A stretch of 64,000 nt of DNA from IMG/VR virus record IMGVR_UViG_3300045988_112752. The stretch is one strand, 5' to 3'. Both the position numbers and the translations under genes were made by a program. This DNA is from a virus. The notes under the pieces were generated by a model, which worked only from the letters and a program-made list of their open reading frames with translations, did no database searches and was not told where the DNA came from. Below are positions 17,831 through 26,768 of the stretch, piece by piece (positions within the stretch are counted from its first letter, which is position 1; each line of letters starts with the position of its first letter).

Positions 17831-18529
17831 ATGTATTCTTCCATCGTCCAGACAAATCTCCATTCGGAAGTCGGTTATGACTTCCTTTCGTTTGACACGT
17901 TGCTCAAGTATTATGTTGACTACAAGAAAAACGGAATGCGTGAGCGTGTTGACCGCATGGCAGCTAATCTTGATAAGGTCACATTCCTCGCCGATATGCT
18001 TGAGAGCATTGTTACTGACGTGAAAGCCGATATGCGTGAAGTGTTCGGCGGCAGCGTTGAGTTCAGTCAGTTTGATGCCGTACTGAAGGTTCTTACTCAA
18101 TTAAGAGGATTCTTCAAGTCTGCCCGACGTGGCGATGCCGATTCTCCCGAAGCTCAACTCTATTTTGATTATTCCGACTCCATTAACGAATATATAGAGA
18201 AACGACTGAAGACGTACACTGTCAAATATCGCAAGATGCATCCTGCGGCACCGGTCTACACCGAAACCGATTTTGTGGAAGGCCTTCGTCAGTTCTTTGG
18301 TCGTAATGATAAATTCGACATGAGCGTTATCGGACATACCGAGTCAGGAGGTAGCTATATTGATTTGGCGCAGCTCTGCCTCCGTCTTAGTCGTAACGAC
18401 ATCGAGAAGGTAGAAAAAGTGGTTGGTAAGATGCAGTCTAACAAAATGACTGATGCAGCATTGCGCTACAGCTTCAATGTCACTGATTTAATTATGAGCC
18501 AGTACAAACGGCCCAAACCAAAACGATAA
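17831..18529 (+). CDS. Hypothetical protein
   Basis: ORF track 17819-18529 starts at a TTG; the first ATG in frame is 17831. Confidence 0.6.
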   Translation: MYSSIVQTNLHSEVGYDFLSFDTLLKYYVDYKKNGMRERVDRMAANLDKVTFLADMLESIVTDVKADMREVFGGSVEFSQFDAVLKVLTQLRGFFKSARRGDADSPEAQLYFDYSDSINEYIEKRLKTYTVKYRKMHPAAPVYTETDFVEGLRQFFGRNDKFDMSVIGHTESGGSYIDLAQLCLRLSRNDIEKVEKVVGKMQSNKMTDAALRYSFNVTDLIMSQYKRPKPKR

Positions 18530-18534
18530 CCGTT

Positions 18535-19269
18535 ATGCCTAACATTTATCTTCGCCTACCCACCAGTCGCTGCCAGTTCTTCCGCAATCGAGACCCGAAG
18601 CACGTGCTTGCCAAGGACGAACCCTTGGTGTTTAGTGTTTATTCGTCTGAATACTTCGTCATGCGCAGTTCGTTGACTAATGCAGGTGCCTTGTCGCAGG
18701 AGGTCAACCCTCAATGCTTCTCGCATCAGCAATGGCGCAATATGCTTAATGGCCGTCATCCGTTTGGTGGCAATGTATTGTTTACGCGCGACGCTTCCGA
18801 ATACCTTACGTATGATGAAGTACAGCACCTCAATGGCAACAAGGAATATGGAAAGAGTGACAATGAGGACTATCTTTGCATCAAGTTACCAAGCGAGATA
18901 GAGGTTATAGATACCGTCAGGGCTGTTACGCCTACATGGAATCTCGACCGCAGCGGTGTTTCAAAGCTGTTGGAACTATTGAACAATGACTTCAAGCGTA
19001 GCGTTGTGGAATGGGCTTTAGCTACCTTCGACTTCTGTACAGCCAACGGCAAGATTATAGCTCGAAGCAAGGCAGCAATGCTTGAGCGTTATCTTATGCG
19101 CTATGGCATTGACCCTTCTTCTGAGGAGAAGGACAATCTACGTAGAGTGGTGGAACGCTGGATAAAATCGGAGCACAAATTCTTTAAGGCTTATTCGTGT
19201 CTTGATATGCAGTATGAGGATATGTCTGAACACGAACATCATATAGACGAATTTCAGTGGTCGCATTAA
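18535..19269 (+). CDS. Hypothetical protein
   Basis: ORF track 244 aa. Confidence 0.6.
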   Translation: MPNIYLRLPTSRCQFFRNRDPKHVLAKDEPLVFSVYSSEYFVMRSSLTNAGALSQEVNPQCFSHQQWRNMLNGRHPFGGNVLFTRDASEYLTYDEVQHLNGNKEYGKSDNEDYLCIKLPSEIEVIDTVRAVTPTWNLDRSGVSKLLELLNNDFKRSVVEWALATFDFCTANGKIIARSKAAMLERYLMRYGIDPSSEEKDNLRRVVERWIKSEHKFFKAYSCLDMQYEDMSEHEHHIDEFQWSH

Positions 19270-19339
19270 AAACAAAGTGTATAAGATTGTTAATATAATT
19301 TGTAAAATAAGTTAAATAACAAACAAAGTTTTTCCCCAT

Positions 19340-19831
19340 ATGGAATTACCTAATAAATGTAAGGAGTTTTTTCTTGAGGGCATTACCGATGTGATGTTTT
19401 ATCCAAAGGAAAAGTGTGTTATCCCTGTGCCGTTCAGTATGGCACAAGTGTTATATATCAATAATTGTAGTTTGCCTGCTGAGCCAGCTTTGCGCTTGGC
19501 TACGAGTGGCGAAAACTATGTCATTGTAGAGAATCTTAAGGTGAAGGTGACGCTCGCCAAACAGGGCAATGGCACTATATATACCTATGATATTAGTGCA
19601 AATGTGGCAAATGGAGGCGAAAATGTGCGTGAAGCCTACCGAAATATGCGTGATAAGGAGTATTATGTGGTATTGCGCAAAATGGACGGTTCGTTGCAGT
19701 TGTGCTATACCTTACCCCATACATTCGGCATTGGTGGCACCACGGATAACAGTCAGGCCGAACTGGCACGAACCTTCACAGCCACCACGCAAGCCTTGTC
19801 GGAGCCTATACCTATCACGCTTCGAGAATAA
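19340..19831 (+). CDS. Hypothetical protein
   Basis: ORF track 163 aa. Confidence 0.6.
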   Translation: MELPNKCKEFFLEGITDVMFYPKEKCVIPVPFSMAQVLYINNCSLPAEPALRLATSGENYVIVENLKVKVTLAKQGNGTIYTYDISANVANGGENVREAYRNMRDKEYYVVLRKMDGSLQLCYTLPHTFGIGGTTDNSQAELARTFTATTQALSEPIPITLRE

Positions 19832-19874
19832 TAGATATGAGCCATTTTTTTGATACCTTATAATATACTGTTAG

Positions 19875-19906
19875 AGCCGCTATTCGTGAGAATGGCGGCT
19901 TTTTTT
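19875..19906 (+). terminator. Rho-independent terminator
   Basis: AGCCGC ... GCGGCT stem followed by TTTTTT. Confidence 0.7.
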
Positions 19907-19954
19907 GTCCTAATGTTAAAAACCTTGGTCTTTAATTTTGTATTCGGATAACAC

Positions 19955-20027
19955 AGCGGAGTGGTAGCAGTGGCAGCTCACTTGGCTCATAACCAAGAGG
20001 TCGAGGGTTCGAGTCCCTTCTCCGCAA
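19955..20027 (+). tRNA. tRNA with CAT anticodon (Met; Ile2-lysidine type cannot be excluded), no encoded CCA
   Basis: Folded by eye. Anticodon arm CTTGG-CTCATAA-CCAAG. T arm GAGGG-TTCGAGT-CCCTT. D loop AGTGGCA. Acceptor GCGGAG/CTCCGC with an unpaired A1-A72. Confidence 0.75.
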
Positions 20028-20087
20028 CATTTAGCAACCAGGTAAAAAGGTTGTATTCAGGATAACAACACAAATACATTTTTACTA

Positions 20088-21791
20088 ATGAAAGGCTTAT
20101 TTGAAATACTTACCGAAAAAAAGTGGATGGTCAGTCCCGACTTCGTGCATGGTATTCGCAAGTCGCTTGAGCACAACCTAAACACTCATGCGGCTTTCAG
20201 CAAGCCGGAGAAGAACTGCGGATATGTCACAGCTGAGGATAAGGATGGCAACACCTACTATCCGGAGGAATATCAGATTTCGGAGGATGGCAAGCAGATG
20301 CGAGGCAACTGGACTTTGGATCTTCCCGACGACGACGAGTACGCACAGAACTTCCCTTTCGTTTCGGTACTTTCCGTTGACGGTCCTATCACTCGCAACG
20401 GTGGCTATTGCTCGTATGGTTCTATCGACCATCGCGACATGATGATGCGAGCAGCCGATCATCCTCTTTGTCGTGGTCACGTTTTCATTATCAACACTCC
20501 TGGCGGTTCGGCATGGGCTAAGAACGACTACGCGCTTGCCATCGACTATGCTCACTCGAAGGGACAGAAGGTCATTGCCTTGGTTGATGGCTTGTGCGCT
20601 TCGGCAGGAATGTATCTCGCTTCTCTTTGCGATGAACGCTATTACATGAACCCGAAAGATCAGATTGGCTGCATTGGTGTGATGGCAGCGTTCTACACTT
20701 TGCCTGATGGTGCAAAAGACGAATACACCGATGAGACTTACCACGAGCTCTATGATCCTAAGTCGTTTGACAAGAATAAGGCTTATCGCGACATTGCCAA
20801 CAAGGACGATGATAAGGCACTTATCAAGGAGCTTGCCGAACTTGGCGTTGAGTTCCGTGCCGATGTTAAGAAGGCTTGCCCTAATGCCACTGACGAGCAT
20901 CTGCATGGCAAGGTGTTTAATGCCGAGGACGTGAAGGGTATTCTGATGGATGGTCAGTCGTCGTTCATGGGAGTGGTGCAGCACGTCTTTGAGCTTTACG
21001 ATGGCAGAGCCGAACTTATCAGTCGTGAGCAGACAGCCGAGCCTAATGGTGAACCGGAGCAGAAGCCCGAAACCGAGCCTACAGCCGAGCCTGAACAGGC
21101 AGCAACCAACACAAACACTAATATAAATATGGAGAATTATCCTCTTATTTGTTCTGCTTGCGGATTGCAGGCTGGCGAGATTGCCGTTACGGAAGAGGGC
21201 GCGTATATGAACGCCTCGCTTCTTGACAACCTCGAAGCCCACATGAAGGAGACCGAGCAGAAGGTGACTGATGCCGAGCAGAAAGCCACCACAGCGGAGA
21301 CTGCTCTTGCAGAATTGCAGGGCAAGTTCGACGAACTCTCCGCACAGGTAAACGCAGCCAACGAAGCAAAAGCAGTCGCGGAGACCGCACTTGCCGAAGC
21401 AAAGGAGGCTCACAGTAAAGAACTGAGCGACCTTAACGCACAGCACGCCGAAGCCATTGCCAAGAAGGACGACGAGTTGAAAACTCTCACCGAGGCAAAG
21501 GATAAGGAGATTGCCGACCTCACAGCCGCTAAGACTGAGACCGAGGCAAATCTTCAGAGCGCTAAGGACGCACTCGCCACAGCCGAGCAGTCGCTTGCCG
21601 ACAAGCAGGCTCAGATTGACGAGCTGACTAACGATGCCGGCACTGAGCAGAACGCTGGCAATGCTCCTGAGAACAATGGCGAGGGAGTAAAGGTCAAGAC
21701 TTTACGTTCATTCGACGGTAGCAAGTACAAGACCAACGCCGAGCGAAAAGCTGCCTTCCAGCGTTTCTTGCATGGCGAGGAGGAAAAGTAA
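20088..21791 (+). CDS. Prohead protease (S49/SppA-ClpP type) fused to a coiled-coil scaffold-like C-terminus
   Basis: ORF track 567 aa. FIINTPGGSAWA and DGLCASAGMYLASLCD (S49 motifs). The C-terminal ~200 aa are A/E/K-rich heptad-like repeats. Confidence 0.75.
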   Translation: MKGLFEILTEKKWMVSPDFVHGIRKSLEHNLNTHAAFSKPEKNCGYVTAEDKDGNTYYPEEYQISEDGKQMRGNWTLDLPDDDEYAQNFPFVSVLSVDGPITRNGGYCSYGSIDHRDMMMRAADHPLCRGHVFIINTPGGSAWAKNDYALAIDYAHSKGQKVIALVDGLCASAGMYLASLCDERYYMNPKDQIGCIGVMAAFYTLPDGAKDEYTDETYHELYDPKSFDKNKAYRDIANKDDDKALIKELAELGVEFRADVKKACPNATDEHLHGKVFNAEDVKGILMDGQSSFMGVVQHVFELYDGRAELISREQTAEPNGEPEQKPETEPTAEPEQAATNTNTNINMENYPLICSACGLQAGEIAVTEEGAYMNASLLDNLEAHMKETEQKVTDAEQKATTAETALAELQGKFDELSAQVNAANEAKAVAETALAEAKEAHSKELSDLNAQHAEAIAKKDDELKTLTEAKDKEIADLTAAKTETEANLQSAKDALATAEQSLADKQAQIDELTNDAGTEQNAGNAPENNGEGVKVKTLRSFDGSKYKTNAERKAAFQRFLHGEEEK

Positions 21792-21849
21792 AGGCTCTCA
21801 ACCAACACAAACAACAAAACATTAACAACAACACAAAAACACTACAATT

Positions 21850-23142
21850 ATGGCAAATTTACCTAAAGATTTTATCGGTCTTGATGCGCTTCAGCACGTA
21901 GCCGAGGAGGTTTCTAAGGAAATTGTGATGGGTCCAGGCTATTCGGATGCCGAAGAGATGGACCGCCTGGGCATTGACATCGTTAAAGGTGTTCAGTTCA
22001 AGCGTACTTTCCACTTGTTCATCCGTAAGGGTGGCACCACACGTCGTAAGGACGTTCACCGCGAGATCAACAGCGAAGCTGGATTCTTGAAAGAGCGCAC
22101 CCTTGTTGCCAAGCTTTCTTGGGACAAATTTCCCGGCAACATTGACGACTTCTGTGAGACAGTATTTGGTACAGACGCTCAGGGTCAGTTCCCTCTCTCT
22201 TCACAGGCAGTAGAGGCAATCCTCAAAGACTACGCCGACAACCTCGCAGCTAACTTGTGGTTTGGCGACATCTCTCTCGACAATGGCGACGACTCTGTTC
22301 CTGCTCACGATCAGGCAATGGCGCTCTACGACGGTTTCCACACCTGCATCAAGCACGACATCGAGGACGGCCTTATCTCAGAGGCTAACGGCAACCTTAT
22401 TCCTTGCGAGGCTATCACAGAGCCAGCTAACAACGACGACTCTTCTCCTTACGACAACTTTATTGCTTGGCACATGAAGTGGGATGAGCGTCTGCGCAAG
22501 GTTCCTACACGTGTCTACATGAACGAGACCACAGCTATGAATATTGCTGCTGGTTATGCCAACAAGTTCCATGGTAACTTCCGTGTAGAGTACAACCAGG
22601 GCGACAACTTCAAGTTACCGGGTCTTTCAAAGGTTACTCTTTGTCCTATCTCAGGCTTCGGTGAGGGCGACCGCATGTATGCTACCATCGACAAGAACTT
22701 TGTTTACGGTGTTGACACCGAGAGCAACCAGCAGTATGTAAGTGTTCGCCTCGGTTCTGATCGAGATCATCGTGACCTGTCTTTCCAGATTCAGAGCATT
22801 CAGGGATGTGGACTCCGGTCATTTTTGCGTAGCGCCATCGCGATCAGCGACGGTTCGCTCGTTGCTCCTGAGTATGTAGCAGGCGACTACGACAACACCA
22901 AGCTTGTTGTCACACTCGCAGGCACCGACGGTCAGAAGCCAGACGGTACAGTGAAGGTGAACGGCACTGCTTACACCAAGCCTCTCGACACCACACCTAA
23001 CCAGATTATCACTCTTGAGGCAACCGACGGCACCAACTACAAGTTTGATAGCTGGAGCAACGGTAAGAAGGACAAGAAGATTCAGCTCACTGCCACCGGC
23101 ATGAACATGGGTCTGACAGCGTTCTTCAAGAAGGGCAGCTAA
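21850..23142 (+). CDS. Major capsid protein candidate with C-terminal Ig/B-repeat-like extension
   Basis: ORF track 430 aa. Directly follows the protease-scaffold gene and carries the conserved CA-rich late leader. The call is mainly positional. Confidence 0.6.
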   Translation: MANLPKDFIGLDALQHVAEEVSKEIVMGPGYSDAEEMDRLGIDIVKGVQFKRTFHLFIRKGGTTRRKDVHREINSEAGFLKERTLVAKLSWDKFPGNIDDFCETVFGTDAQGQFPLSSQAVEAILKDYADNLAANLWFGDISLDNGDDSVPAHDQAMALYDGFHTCIKHDIEDGLISEANGNLIPCEAITEPANNDDSSPYDNFIAWHMKWDERLRKVPTRVYMNETTAMNIAAGYANKFHGNFRVEYNQGDNFKLPGLSKVTLCPISGFGEGDRMYATIDKNFVYGVDTESNQQYVSVRLGSDRDHRDLSFQIQSIQGCGLRSFLRSAIAISDGSLVAPEYVAGDYDNTKLVVTLAGTDGQKPDGTVKVNGTAYTKPLDTTPNQIITLEATDGTNYKFDSWSNGKKDKKIQLTATGMNMGLTAFFKKGS

Positions 23143-23269
23143 TACCGCAAGGCGGTTTCTTTTGTCTCTATAAATCCCGGCGGCGGTCGCTTGACCTGGC
23201 GGAAAATAGTGACCGTCGCCATTCCTTTTTCAGATAACACAACACAACAACACAAAAACTTATAAGAAT

Positions 23270-23833
23270 ATGGCAGTAACAGCAACATGTCCTGAGATTA
23301 AGAACATCCTCGCAGGTAACGAATGCTTGGAGAATTTTGGTGGTCTTAGTGTCAACGTCTATCTCTTCAACAAGGCCGACCTCAAGGCTCCTTTGAAGGC
23401 AGAAAAGAACGTTTATCCCGCTCTGACCTCCGAGTCGTTCAACACAGGTAAGGGTCTTTACAAATTCGAGTGTAAGGAGAGTAGCCAGGGACACACTTTT
23501 GAGTCGCTTGGTCGCCGCAAAGGTTTCAAGCAGCAGCTCGACTACGTGCTTGAGAGCGTAAATGCAGAGTCGGCAGAAGTAGCTCGTGCTCTGAACAACC
23601 TCGACCTTGGCTACATCATCCAGGATGGCGAGAAGAGTATCATCGTGTATGACGCTCAGCACAAGTTTGAGTATGCTTCGGGTGGCATTAAGGGCGACAC
23701 GGGCAAGAAGGCCGACGATGAACGTCAGGTGGAACTGTCGGGTTCTCTGCAACCCACAGCATACGGACGTTATGAGATTACAGAGCCTGAGACCGGCGGT
23801 TGGGATTCGCTCCTTGCATCAAAAAAAGGATAA
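23270..23833 (+). CDS. Virion structural protein candidate; 0-frame product of a probable -1 frameshift gene
   Basis: ORF track 187 aa; CA-rich late leader. Ends in A AAA AAA G GA TAA followed by a 9-bp stem-loop. The -1 frame is open to 23955. Confidence 0.65.
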   Translation: MAVTATCPEIKNILAGNECLENFGGLSVNVYLFNKADLKAPLKAEKNVYPALTSESFNTGKGLYKFECKESSQGHTFESLGRRKGFKQQLDYVLESVNAESAEVARALNNLDLGYIIQDGEKSIIVYDAQHKFEYASGGIKGDTGKKADDERQVELSGSLQPTAYGRYEITEPETGGWDSLLASKKG

Positions 23834-23993
23834 GCGATATTGAGACACAGAGCGAAAGCAATATCGCCACACAGCAGCTCGACGATGCCGACTCTTCCTT
23901 CTTCAGCGTAAGCGACGGAGAGGAAGGCGCAACGGCAAAGAAGAGCAAGAAGTAATCGCTCATACGAGAAAGATTTTTCCTTCATACGACAAA

Positions 23994-24045
23994 TCCCTGC
24001 ATCAATCCTTTATATATAAAAGGTGTGGATGCAGGAATTTTTTTG
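23994..24045 (+). terminator. Rho-independent terminator closing the capsid operon
   Basis: TCC(C)TGCATC ... GATGCAGGA stem followed by ATTTTTTT. Confidence 0.65.
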
Positions 24046-24201
24046 TTCTATATATATTAGTATTCTGATAAATTTATGCTAAAATTAGCGTTTTTAATAC
24101 AAAATCTAAAGCAAATAAGACAATAGTCTTTAATTTTGTAATTAGAAACGCTTTTTTGATAATATTGTTGTAAACGTAGAATAACTAAAAATATAGGATT
24201 T

Positions 24202-25131
24202 ATGGAACTAAGACTTTTACGTTCTTTTGTGAACGTTGCAGAAACTAAGTCGTTTAGCATGGCTGCTAATCGTTGTTGCGTTACCCAGTCGGCGGTAAGC
24301 CAGCACATTCGCGCCCTGGAGGACGAGTTAGGCTGCAAGTTGCTTATTCGCACATCGCACGGCATTATGCTCACCGAAAGCGGCGAAGCCCTATTGCCTC
24401 GTGCCAAGGAAATACTGAAGCAGACCGAGGATTGCAAAGAGCAAATCAACGCTCTCAACAACTGTATGACTGGCGAATTGCGTATTGGTGTAGGCTCGTT
24501 CATAGCTCCATACATTCGTATGGCAGCATTGATATTCATGGAGAGATACCCCAACGTGCGTATCAATGCCGACTTCACCAAGGCCTACCTTCTCAATCAA
24601 TCGCTAAGGGCGCACATGTTAGACCTCGCCTTCACCATGAACATGGCATACAGCTACGAAGGAATAGAGACAACACCCTGCATACCTTTTAACGTATATG
24701 CCATCATGCGCGACACCCATCCGCTTGCGTCGCTCCCGAAGGTGTCGTATGAAGACCTACTGAAGCACCCGATTATCATGCCCGACGTAGGCGAACGTGC
24801 CATAGAGACCTTCCAGCAAAACATCCAGCGCGACCTATACAAGCTCAACATCAAGTGCATCATCAGCGACCCCGACGAAGCCCTTGCCTCGGTGGAAGAA
24901 ACCAAGTACGTCACCTTCATGCCCAAGCTCTACCTGCGCAACCACCCTAACCTTGTGGCACGTCCAATCGTAGGTCTCGAACAGCAGTTGATGAGCAACG
25001 CCCACTGGATGCAGGACGTTCCTAAGAAGCGAGCCGTACAACTCTTCCTCGACATCATCCGCGACGAGGTAGTACCATACATCGCCGTAGCCGAAGAGTC
25101 GCAAGGAAAGTTTATTCCGCATCCCCGATAG
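24202..25131 (+). CDS. LysR-family transcriptional regulator
   Basis: ORF track 309 aa. N-terminal HTH LRSFVNVAETKSFSMAANRCCVTQSAVSQHIRALEDELG, then a typical LysR substrate-binding length. Confidence 0.85.
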   Translation: MELRLLRSFVNVAETKSFSMAANRCCVTQSAVSQHIRALEDELGCKLLIRTSHGIMLTESGEALLPRAKEILKQTEDCKEQINALNNCMTGELRIGVGSFIAPYIRMAALIFMERYPNVRINADFTKAYLLNQSLRAHMLDLAFTMNMAYSYEGIETTPCIPFNVYAIMRDTHPLASLPKVSYEDLLKHPIIMPDVGERAIETFQQNIQRDLYKLNIKCIISDPDEALASVEETKYVTFMPKLYLRNHPNLVARPIVGLEQQLMSNAHWMQDVPKKRAVQLFLDIIRDEVVPYIAVAEESQGKFIPHPR

Positions 25132-25156
25132 CGATTAGATTTTCTTATATCGACCC

Positions 25157-25187
25157 AAGCCTTACGTTAGCAGCGTGAGGCTTTTTT
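25157..25187 (+). terminator. Rho-independent terminator after the LysR gene
   Basis: AAGCCT ... AGGCTT stem followed by a T run. Confidence 0.65.
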
Positions 25188-25318
25188 ATTCTCGCATTAG
25201 CCGAAATTATACCTTATCCCACAGCAAGAACACTTAATGAGAAACACTTCGCTTCCACCACTTTCTCCCTTACCTTTGCAACAAGTTCAATAATGAACGA
25301 AACCAAACACAAACAACT

Positions 25319-25828
25319 ATGCAGATTAAAACTAATGACGGCAACTATGATGTTGCCAGCAAGGGACTCGGCAACACAGCCCTGGGTCTCGGCATCGCAG
25401 GCTTGGCAACGAGCCTATTGGGAGGCAGTGCCTCGCTTCTGGGCATCGGAAGAAACAACGGCATGACAGCCAATCCTACCGACCCTGATGCGCGTTTCGT
25501 AACTAAGAGTGAGACTAACCTCATCCAAGAGAACAGCACTCTGAAGACCGAACTCGCCATTCAGAAGAGCGAGAACTACACCGACAAGAAGCTCGTGGAA
25601 GTGACACAGTATCTCGATACGAAGTTGCGCCGTGTAGAAGACAAAGTGGATGCAAACAAGGATGCGCAGCAAGCCGTCAACGCACAGCAGATGGCTTACA
25701 ATGCGGCAGCTAACGCCAGCATCGACGTGCTCAAGTCGCAGGTGGCATCGTTGTCGAGCGTAACCAAGTTGTTCATCCCTTCAACCAACGTATGCCAGAC
25801 CGGTTGCGGTTGCGGATGCAATCAGTAA
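25319..25828 (+). CDS. Membrane-anchored coiled-coil protein ending in CQTGCGCGCNQ
   Basis: ORF track 169 aa. Gly-rich TM segment GLGIAGLATSLLGG, then coiled coil. TAccTTTG -7 box at 25271-25278 upstream. Confidence 0.6.
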   Translation: MQIKTNDGNYDVASKGLGNTALGLGIAGLATSLLGGSASLLGIGRNNGMTANPTDPDARFVTKSETNLIQENSTLKTELAIQKSENYTDKKLVEVTQYLDTKLRRVEDKVDANKDAQQAVNAQQMAYNAAANASIDVLKSQVASLSSVTKLFIPSTNVCQTGCGCGCNQ

Positions 25829-25854
25829 GAGAATAACGTAATCCAGCTATATAT

Positions 25855-26277
25855 ATGGAATACAAAAACTCACAAATCTTGGCGGCAGTCGTGTCCGAAT
25901 GGGCACGACCCGCCATTTCGCAGATAGCCGCAGGCAACCTCATGCGCCTACCCATGCTTCAGTCTTTGCAAGCCACCATCAGCTCATTAGGCATTGTCAG
26001 TGGCAGTTATGCCCTACAGAAGGACATCGAGCCACTCATCCAGCCAATCATCAACTCGCTCGTCGCACCTATGCTTGCCCGATATTTCGGTCAGATACCC
26101 GAAGAGAGCATACCGCAGATGGCACATGACATAGTGGAGAAGATGCGAGGTAACGGACCGCTGTCTGTGCTCGAGGGTATGGTGACGTTTGAAGACGAAG
26201 ACCTCACCGAGCTTGCCGATCTTCTTGACAAGAACCTACCCGTAGGGCAGACGCAAGGCTATCAGGTAAAACATTAA
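25855..26277 (+). CDS. Hypothetical protein
   Basis: ORF track 140 aa. Confidence 0.55.
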   Translation: MEYKNSQILAAVVSEWARPAISQIAAGNLMRLPMLQSLQATISSLGIVSGSYALQKDIEPLIQPIINSLVAPMLARYFGQIPEESIPQMAHDIVEKMRGNGPLSVLEGMVTFEDEDLTELADLLDKNLPVGQTQGYQVKH

Positions 26278-26335
26278 ACAGAGTAACAAACCAAGCGGCG
26301 GCAAGCATCGTCGCTATAATAAAACATAAACGATT

Positions 26336-26764
26336 ATGAACAAACGTACCATTCCGGCTATCATCATAGCCACACTTGCGGCTGGTGCAACCGCCGCTGC
26401 ACCCTATTATGATGTCAATATCACACAGCAGCTTTGCACACCGGCTTGCGTAGATGAGACACCCGTGTTCGCTCCGAAGTTCTCCGTCAAGAGCATTGCC
26501 AACGTAGGCACATCGCAGTATATCATCGTCATTCACGTTGAGGGTGTAATAAGCTACATCCCATGCAACTGCGGCTCGTGCTGCACACGCTCACAAGTGG
26601 TGTCGCAAGACTTCACCATACCTGTGTTCAGCGCCACTGCCATCAACTCGGCAACAATAACAGTAGGTACCGTACAGAACGGCATAGCGCGCATATCTTG
26701 CTGCAACTGTTCCAAGACTTTCGTGTCCGACTGCCCCGTAACGCTCACCCTTGCAACTACATAA
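26336..26764 (+). CDS. Secreted cysteine-rich protein
   Basis: ORF track 142 aa. Signal-like MNKRTIPAIIIATLAAGATAAA; motifs CNCGSCC and SCCNCS. Confidence 0.55.
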   Translation: MNKRTIPAIIIATLAAGATAAAPYYDVNITQQLCTPACVDETPVFAPKFSVKSIANVGTSQYIIVIHVEGVISYIPCNCGSCCTRSQVVSQDFTIPVFSATAINSATITVGTVQNGIARISCCNCSKTFVSDCPVTLTLATT

Positions 26765-26768
26765 AGCC

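Noticed and set aside
19955-20027. The tRNA gene as a prophage attachment site or genome end
   Set aside because: No integrase or excisionase is nearby, phage genes continue on both sides, and the flanking direct repeats are copies of the phage's own late leader sequence rather than a tRNA 3'-end duplication.
20178-21446. 422-aa minus-strand ORF inside the protease-scaffold gene
   Set aside because: It is antisense to an ORF with clear S49 protease motifs. Its sequence is low-complexity (L/R/C/V-rich), typical of a shadow ORF opposite an A/E/K-rich coiled-coil coding region.
24057-24581. 174-aa minus-strand ORF overlapping the LysR gene start
   Set aside because: It is antisense to an ORF with an unmistakable LysR HTH, and it extends into AT-rich non-coding DNA.
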